The translations under genes were made by a program, and so were the position numbers. 63,556 nt of DNA, taken from Chthoniobacteraceae bacterium. Its GTDB lineage: Bacteria > Verrucomicrobiota > Verrucomicrobiia > Chthoniobacterales > Chthoniobacteraceae. Location: positions 1 to 63,556 of the forward strand of contig JANNWY010000176.1 of the NCBI GenBank assembly GCA_031409335.1, written 5' to 3'. How positions within the stretch are numbered: the first letter of the stretch is position 1; each line of letters begins with the position of its first letter. Shown here piece after piece: positions 57,583 to 63,556 of this stretch. The notes beneath the pieces were generated by a model. It was not told the DNA's origin and made no database searches. It saw only the letters and a list, made by a program, of their open reading frames with translations.

Positions 57583-58869
57583 ATGGAATCTGAACGCTAC
57601 ACGGTCGGCGAAATCGTCGCGGAAAGCGCGCGCAGCGTGATCCGCCGCGCTCGCGAAAGGACGACGGGCCGCGAAGTAGCCATGAAGCAACTGCGCGATG
57701 CGACCTTCGTGGAGCCCTTTGTCGAAGAGGCCAGAATCACCGCATTGCTGGAGCATCCCAACGTCGTGCCGGTGCATGACGTGAACTGCGAAGGCGATCC
57801 GTTTTACACGATGAAACTGGTGCGCGGCGGTTCGCTCGCGGGCGTGCTCGCGGCGCTCGCGCGGGGCGAAGAAGCCGCATCGCGCATTTACCCCGCGGCG
57901 GCACTGTTGACGGTTTTTCAAAAAATCTGCGACGCCGTCGCCTTTGCGCACGACAAAGGCACCGCGCATCGCGACCTCCGGGCGGCGAGTACTATGATTG
58001 GCGATTTCGGCGAAGTGCTGCTGATGGGTTGGACTAGGGCCGGACCAGTCTTGCCGGAAAGCGAGGCGGAGAAAGATCTGCGTGAAGACGTTTTCGCGCT
58101 CGGAAATTTGCTCCGGGAAATTCTCGCAGTCCCCCCCGGCAGCGTCGTTCCTCCATCGTTGCAGGCGGTCGTCGAAAAGGCAGGCGCGAGCGACGCGATG
58201 CGCCGGTACGCGCGGGTGCAGGATTTGCAGGCGGAAGTGCGGGCGTATCAAAGCGGCTTCGCCACCGCGGCGGAAAGCGCGGGGGTGCTGCGACAATTCG
58301 GACTGTTTGTCGCCCGGCATCGGCGCGTCTCAATCGCGGTCGCCTCGGGCCTGGCCCTGCTCATTTTGTCCTCCGCTTTTTATGCCGTCGGCGTCATCCG
58401 GGCAAACCACCGCGCGAACATTGAACGCGATCTCGCGACCACCGCGTTGGCCCAGGCGAAGCAGACGACCAAAATCGCGGAGGATGTGCTGGCTCGCCTG
58501 TCGAAGGCCGGCCCCATTTTCAGATCGAGCGCCGGGGATTTAATCAAGGAAGGCCGCTTTACCGAGGCGCTGGAAAACCTCGGCTATGCGGTCGATGTCG
58601 CTTGGGACAACGCCGATTACCAACTCGCCCGCGCACATCTTTTGCAAGCCAGCCAGCGCCTGACCACCGCCGCCGATGCTTATCGACGCGTGCTGGAATT
58701 GCGCCCTGACGCATCCGCGAAAACCAACCTCGAACTCTGCGAGCAACTGCTCCTGGAAAACGGAGAATCGCGCACGCTCCAGCCCGCGCTCAAAAAACGT
58801 CTCGCGGAAGCCATGATCGCGCAGGGCCGGAGTGCAGAATCACCACCCGGTCTTTTCCAAACGGAGTAA
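57583..58869 (+). CDS. Degenerate Ser/Thr kinase (pseudokinase) with TM and TPR
   Basis: AESARS replaces the Gly loop; HRDLRAAS; MGW replaces DWG; activation segment deleted. Confidence 0.8.
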   Translation: MESERYTVGEIVAESARSVIRRARERTTGREVAMKQLRDATFVEPFVEEARITALLEHPNVVPVHDVNCEGDPFYTMKLVRGGSLAGVLAALARGEEAASRIYPAAALLTVFQKICDAVAFAHDKGTAHRDLRAASTMIGDFGEVLLMGWTRAGPVLPESEAEKDLREDVFALGNLLREILAVPPGSVVPPSLQAVVEKAGASDAMRRYARVQDLQAEVRAYQSGFATAAESAGVLRQFGLFVARHRRVSIAVASGLALLILSSAFYAVGVIRANHRANIERDLATTALAQAKQTTKIAEDVLARLSKAGPIFRSSAGDLIKEGRFTEALENLGYAVDVAWDNADYQLARAHLLQASQRLTTAADAYRRVLELRPDASAKTNLELCEQLLLENGESRTLQPALKKRLAEAMIAQGRSAESPPGLFQTE

Positions 58870-59570
58870 CGCCTACGCGGCAGGCCGTGGCGAAAGTGGC
58901 GGAAGAGTCAGGAGAATATTTTCGCAAGTCACTACTTTCCCTGTCTTCAAATTGGTCAACGCATTCATACATTCGTCATCGGTTGTAAGCGTTGTCAAGG
59001 GGCAACCTGTTGAAGAATGCAAAGGAACAGGCCATTTATTCGGCTTATGAAACGCGTGCTCATTCCCACCCTCGCTACTCTGATCGGCCCCGCGCAGGGA
59101 TTTGCCGACGCGCCTAACGTCGAGGAGATTTCTGTCCACCGCATTGCGCCGTTGTTTCACGAGAAGTTTCTCGCGTGTCACGGCAAGGACGAGGCGAAGA
59201 TTGAGGGCGGGCTCGACATGCGCACGCGCGCTTCCACGCTCAAGGGTGGCGAGAGCGAGCAACCCGGGTTCGTGGCGGGCAAGCCGGAGGAGAGTCCGCT
59301 CTATCTCGCGGTGTCCCGCGTGCATCAGGACGATTGGGAGCCGATGCCACCGAAGGAGGCGGACAAACTTTACGCGGAGCAGATGGGTTGGATCAAAGAA
59401 TGGATCGCGGGCGGCGCGCCTTGGCCGGATGAGGCGCGGGTGACGGAGATCGCGAAAGCGAACGAGGTGAAGTGGTCGGCGGAGAATGGCAACCCGGTGA
59501 AGACGGTGGGCGGGTTGTCGGCGGAGTGGACGAATCGGAAATACAAGCCGGAGGGTTTGTGGGCGTATCA

Positions 59571-59633
59571 GAAAGTGGCTTCGGCTTCAGCCGAACCGAA
59601 CGGTGATGTTGGGCTGAAGCCCAAGCTACTTTC
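59571..59633. repeat. In-frame GTAG-type REP doublet
   Basis: gaaagtggcttcggcttcagccgaac / gttgggctgaagcccaagctactttc; 63 bp. Confidence 0.85.
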
Positions 59634-59682
59634 CATCGATGCTTTCATCTCCGCGAAGATGCCGGCCGGGCTTCAGCCTGCG

Positions 59683-59919
59683 CCGGCGGGCAGTTTCGCC
59701 GCGAATGCGCTCGGCCTTTTCGACATGAGCGGAAACGTCTGGCAATGGTGCGATGGCCTTTACAAAGCGGGCTCGCGCTGGGGCGTGCTGCGCGGCGGCT
59801 CGTGGGGCACGGCGGCGCGCGGGGAATTGCGCTCGTCGTATCGCAACGTGGTCGATCGCTCGGAGCGCGATGTGATTTACGGCTTCCGCTGCGTCCTGGT
59901 GCCGGACGGCGGACGGTGA
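59683..59919 (+). repeat. 237-bp direct repeat copy B
   Basis: Matches 51797-52033 through the stop codon. Confidence 0.92.
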
Positions 59920-59975
59920 TTTTTTCGCGCTCGCCGCGGATGCCGGCTTCAACTTGGATGCGTCGGCTCGAAACT

Positions 59976-61082
59976 ATGCGCGCATCATTCTTTCACCTCA
60001 TCCTCTCGCTCACGACCTTCGGCGCTTCACTGCTTGCGCAGGATGGCATTGATGTCCCCGACGGTTTCCTCGTCGATACGGTGTGCGAAGGATTCAATGG
60101 CGCGGTGACGATGGATATGGCGCGGGATGGGCGCGTGTTTGTCTGCGAACAGACGGGCGCGATCCGCGTGGTGAAAAACGGCGAGATTCTCGACGAGCCG
60201 TTTCTCCGTTTGAAAGTGGATGACTTCTGGGAACGCGGAATGGTCGGCGTCGCGCTGCATCCGAAATTTCCCGACGAGCCATTCGTTTACGTTCACTACG
60301 TGCGGAAAGAGCCGTTCACGCATCACGTCATCAGCCGCTTCACCGCGGATGGCGATGTCGCGAAAGTCGGTAGCGAACTCGTAATGATCGAGGCGGAGGA
60401 TCAAAGCCTGAAGGTCGGGAAGTATCCCGGCGCGCATCAGGGCGGCGCGATGCGGTTTGGCGCGGATGGGAAACTTTACGCGACGATCGGCGAGCATAAT
60501 TTGCGTGATCCCGCGCAGAGCTTTGAGTCGCTGCATGGAAAGCTGCTGCGCTTCAATCCCGACGGCTCGATTCCCGAGGACAATCCGTTTTCAAAACAGA
60601 CCTCCGGAAAATACCGCGCGATCTACGCGATCGGACTGCGCAATCCGTTCGGCCTCGCCGTGGATCGCGCTTCCGGGCGGATGTTCATCAACGATGTCGG
60701 GCAGGAACTCTTCGAGGAAATCGACGAAGCCGCGCCCGGCGCGAATTACGGCTGGCCCGCTGCGGAGGGGCTCGTCGGCCACCAGCCCGCATTCACCAAA
60801 CCGCTCCACACTTACAATCGCGCGATGGGCGTCTGCATTTCGGGCGGCGCATTTCACCAGGGCAAATACTTCTTCGCCGATTTCATGGGCGGCTGGATTC
60901 GCGTGCTCGATCCGGCGAAACCAGAAACCAGCGAGCCTTTCGCAAAACGCATTCCCGGCCCCGTCGATCTCGCTGGCACTCCCGACGGCGCGCTGCTCGT
61001 CCTCGCGCGCAATGCGTGGGTCCGCGACGACAAAATGAAGCGCGAATCGGGCATGCTCCTGCGCATCAAAGCCACGCGCTGA
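59976..61082 (+). CDS. PQQ-dependent sugar dehydrogenase (GSDH) family protein
   Basis: ERGMVGVALHP, HQGGAMRFGADG, GKLLRFNPDGSIPEDNPF, GLRNPF, NYGWP. Confidence 0.92.
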   Translation: MRASFFHLILSLTTFGASLLAQDGIDVPDGFLVDTVCEGFNGAVTMDMARDGRVFVCEQTGAIRVVKNGEILDEPFLRLKVDDFWERGMVGVALHPKFPDEPFVYVHYVRKEPFTHHVISRFTADGDVAKVGSELVMIEAEDQSLKVGKYPGAHQGGAMRFGADGKLYATIGEHNLRDPAQSFESLHGKLLRFNPDGSIPEDNPFSKQTSGKYRAIYAIGLRNPFGLAVDRASGRMFINDVGQELFEEIDEAAPGANYGWPAAEGLVGHQPAFTKPLHTYNRAMGVCISGGAFHQGKYFFADFMGGWIRVLDPAKPETSEPFAKRIPGPVDLAGTPDGALLVLARNAWVRDDKMKRESGMLLRIKATR

Positions 61083-61115
61083 GATCGCGCGATGGCGCCC
61101 GTCTTCACTCCGCCG

Positions 61116-62204
61116 ATGCGTTTCATCATTCTCACTGCCGGCTACGGCGAAGGGCACAATGCCGCCGCCCGGGGACTGCACGCCGCGTTTTTGGAACTCG
61201 GAACGGAGTCGGAAATCGTCGATGTCTTCGCCCTCACTGGCGGCGAATTTTACGACCGCTCCCGGCGCGGCTACATCACGCTGATCAATCGCGCGCCGAA
61301 GATTTGGGCCTTCGTTTTTGGTCTGATCCACCGCTTCCCCATCGCGGAGTTTTCGCTTCCCGCGCTCGGGAGAATGCAGTCCGCGCTCGCCCGCCTGCTT
61401 GCGGAAAAAAAGCCGCACGCCGTCATCTCCGTCTATCCGGTTTACGGCTACCTCATCGGAAAACTCTTCCCGCGCCGCGCCGATCGCGCGTTCGATTTTC
61501 ACACCGTCGTGACGGATTCCATCACGATCAATTCCGTCTGGTATCGCTGCGCGAGCGACACCTTTCATGTGCCAAACGAGGACAGCGCCCGCGTGATGCG
61601 GGCCGCCGGAATCGCCGCGGAAAGCATTCACGCCAGCGGCTTCCCCGTGCCGCCGCGCTTTGCCGATCCGCGCCCACCGCGTCCACTTCCGGGACACAGT
61701 TCGCCGGGACGCGTGCTGTTTGTGATCAATGCCGGAAAGGATCGCGCGCCCGCCGTCGTCGAGCGCTTGGTCCGGCTCGATGGCATTCACCTGACCGTCG
61801 CCGTCGGTCGCGATGAGGCGCTCCGCGCGCGCATCGGACAAATCGCCCGCGACGCCGGCCGCGAGATCGAGATCCACGGCTGGACCGATCGCATGCCGGA
61901 GCTGGTGATGTCGCACCACGTCCTCATCGGCAAAGCTGGCGGCGCGACCGTGCAGGAAGCAATTGCCGCGCGCACGCCGATGCTGATCACGCAGGTCGTG
62001 CCCGGCCAGGAGGAGGGGAATGCGCAGCTTCTTTTCCAAAACGGCTGCGGCGCACTCTGCGAAACGCCCGAAGTGATCGCCGCGCAGGTAAAGTCGCTCT
62101 TCTCAAACGACGCTGAGCGATGGAAACGCTGGGAGGCAAACATCGCCCGCATTAGCAAACCCGACGCGGCCCGCGTGATCGCGCGATTCTGCGCCCGCGC
62201 ATGA
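61116..62204 (+). CDS. MGDG synthase/UgtP family glycosyltransferase
   Basis: GYGEGHNAAA, VVTD, GFPV, KAGGATVQEA, PGQEEGNA. Confidence 0.92.
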   Translation: MRFIILTAGYGEGHNAAARGLHAAFLELGTESEIVDVFALTGGEFYDRSRRGYITLINRAPKIWAFVFGLIHRFPIAEFSLPALGRMQSALARLLAEKKPHAVISVYPVYGYLIGKLFPRRADRAFDFHTVVTDSITINSVWYRCASDTFHVPNEDSARVMRAAGIAAESIHASGFPVPPRFADPRPPRPLPGHSSPGRVLFVINAGKDRAPAVVERLVRLDGIHLTVAVGRDEALRARIGQIARDAGREIEIHGWTDRMPELVMSHHVLIGKAGGATVQEAIAARTPMLITQVVPGQEEGNAQLLFQNGCGALCETPEVIAAQVKSLFSNDAERWKRWEANIARISKPDAARVIARFCARA

Positions 62205-62830
62205 ACGACCCATCCACACCGATCCGCGCCTTTCTCTTCGACATCGGCAACGTCCTGCTTCGATTCGATTTTTCCATCTGCCTGAATGCGCTCGCGGCTC
62301 ACAGCGCGATGGGCGATCCGATCGCCACTTTCTCGCGTTTCGATCAGGTGAAAGCCGCGTACGAAGACGGCCAGATCGACCGCCCCGCTTTCCTCCGCGC
62401 CGTTTTTGATGTGCTGAACTACCGCGGCACCGAGGCGGAATTCATCGCTGCATGGGAAAATATTTTTGACCCGAACGAGCAGATGTTTGCCGTCGTCGAA
62501 AAATTGCGCGCGTCCCATCCGCTCTATCTCCTGAGCAACACGAACGACATCCACCGCGAGTATTTCACGCGGCGCTACCCGGTCTTCCAGCACTTCGCCG
62601 GAGGCACATTCAGCGACGTCGTCCACGCCTCAAAACCAGGCCGTGCCATTTACGAAATCGCCTGCCGCGACCACGTTCTGGAGCCAGCGACCACGTTCTT
62701 CATCGACGACCTGCTGCCCAATATCGAAACCGCGCGCGCGCTCGGATTTCAAACGCACCACTACCACCACGAACGCCACGGCGAGTTGCTCGACGCGCTC
62801 GCGGTGGCGGGTTTTGAATGCGCGCAGTAA
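62201..62830 (+). CDS. HAD family phosphatase
   Basis: FDIGNVL, LLSNT, KP...IY, FIDD...N. Confidence 0.93.
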   Translation: MNDPSTPIRAFLFDIGNVLLRFDFSICLNALAAHSAMGDPIATFSRFDQVKAAYEDGQIDRPAFLRAVFDVLNYRGTEAEFIAAWENIFDPNEQMFAVVEKLRASHPLYLLSNTNDIHREYFTRRYPVFQHFAGGTFSDVVHASKPGRAIYEIACRDHVLEPATTFFIDDLLPNIETARALGFQTHHYHHERHGELLDALAVAGFECAQ

Positions 62831-62839
62831 ACCTAAATG

Positions 62840-63010
62840 CGGCGATGGAGATTGCCGCGGAGGACACGGAGGACGCAGAAAACGCGGATGAGGAAGAGGA
62901 TGCGTTCCGTATCGCTTGGAGGGGGTCGTTCACCGATTGGGCGAGTGGCTCAAGACTCGTCATCTCCGCGTTCTCCGTGTCGTCCGCGTCGTCCGCGGTT
63001 CCCATCGCCG
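62840..63010. repeat. Inverted pair of nonamer tandem repeats between convergent genes
   Basis: cggcgatgg..ccgcggaggacacggaggacgcagaaaacgcgga ... tctccgcgttctccgtgtcgtccgcgtcgtccgcgg..ccatcgccg. Confidence 0.8.
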
Positions 63011-63019
63011 AATCTTGGA

Positions 63020-63556
63020 CTAACCGTCAGACTTGGGATTTTGGAGTTCGGATTTTTCTGACAGCAAATCGGGTCGCACGCGTTTCGTTTTCTCGAGCGC
63101 CTGCTCATGACGCCATTTCGCGATCTCGGCGTGGTGTCCGCTGAGGAGGACGTCGGGCACGCGCCAGCCGCGGAATTCGACGGGGCGGGTGTATTGCGGG
63201 AATTCGAGGAGGCCGCTGGAGAAGCTGTCGTCGGGCGCGCTGTTTTCATCGCCGAGCACGCCGGGGAGCAGCCTCACCACAGCATCCGCGAGAACCGCGG
63301 CGGCGAGCGCGCCGTTGGTGAGGACGTAATCGCCGATGCTGATTTCTTCATCGACGAGATGGTCGATGACGCGCTGATCGACGCCTTCGTAGTGGCCGCA
63401 GAGCAGGATGAGGTGATCGAGTTTCGCGAAGCCTTCGGCGATCTTTTGGGTGAATGGGCGGCCGGCGGGGGAGAGGAGGACGACCTTCGATTGCGGATTG
63501 CGGATTGCGGATTGCGGATTGTTTGCGGCGTTCACTGCTTCCAATCCGCAATCCGC
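63020..63556 (-). CDS. trmD: tRNA (guanine-N1)-methyltransferase, 5' end outside the window
   Basis: [45 protein letters not shown]. Confidence 0.97.
   Translation of the reverse strand, partial: ADCGLEAVNAANNPQSAIRNPQSKVVLLSPAGRPFTQKIAEGFAKLDHLILLCGHYEGVDQRVIDHLVDEEISIGDYVLTNGALAAAVLADAVVRLLPGVLGDENSAPDDSFSSGLLEFPQYTRPVEFRGWRVPDVLLSGHHAEIAKWRHEQALEKTKRVRPDLLSEKSELQNPKSDG
63489..63556. repeat. In-frame inverted heptamer repeats (GATTGCG x4 / AATCCGC x2 or more) inside trmD
   Basis: Encodes ADCGL...[11 protein letters not shown] immediately before KVVLLSPAG; cut by the window edge. Confidence 0.88.

Larger units (their letters stand above)
59048..59919 (+). pseudogene. Chimeric ORF: planctomycete cytochrome c/DUF1549 5' fragment fused to a duplicated FGE-sulfatase 3' end
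   Basis: FLACH (broken CxxCH), GGLDM, MPPK, WIAGGAPW, IDAFI, GLQPAP, then GSFAANALGLFDMSGNVWQW. Confidence 0.8.

Noticed and set aside
58870..59047. AT-rich spacer as a small gene or sRNA
   Set aside because: No convincing ORF, structure or motif. It is probably a promoter region or remnant.
51797..59919. Diversity-generating retroelement (FGE/C-lectin C-terminal VR plus TR)
   Set aside because: Mismatches between the copies are mostly synonymous third-position changes of all types (G/C, T/C, A/C, G/A), not adenine-specific. No reverse transcriptase or Avd gene is in the window.

Overview
High-GC bacterial chromosomal segment, most likely Verrucomicrobiota (Chthoniobacter/Spartobacteria-like). 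This is inferred from the DUF1549/DUF1553 + DUF1501 pair, ECF sigma/Ser-Thr kinase pairs and the repeat style. Housekeeping genes (mazG, waaA, pfkA, pyrH, frr, leuC, leuD, trmD, pbpC + alpha-2-macroglobulin) alternate with three accessory blocks: (i) ECF sigma, kinase/FGE and a giant Rhs/YD protein (6.3-15.0 kb); (ii) a mosaic defence-like island with two truncated TIR copies, a DUF433/DUF5615 TA pair, a lower-GC HD-domain + HSP90-like ATPase gene, and remnants of a DUF4365 nuclease and a serine protease (27.7-33.6 kb); (iii) a nucleotidyltransferase, ECF sigma and a four-kinase cluster whose distal 7.6 kb is bracketed by a duplicated gene 3' end (48-60 kb). The most striking non-genic signal is a set of GTAG-type REP doublets with compensatory stem changes, plus 7-mer and 9-mer tandem repeats. 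Several of these lie in frame inside intact protein-coding genes (pbpC, alpha-2-macroglobulin, trmD, DUF1549). I found no rRNA, tRNA, CRISPR array, integrase, transposase or reverse transcriptase. All domain calls come from motif recognition by eye, not database searches.
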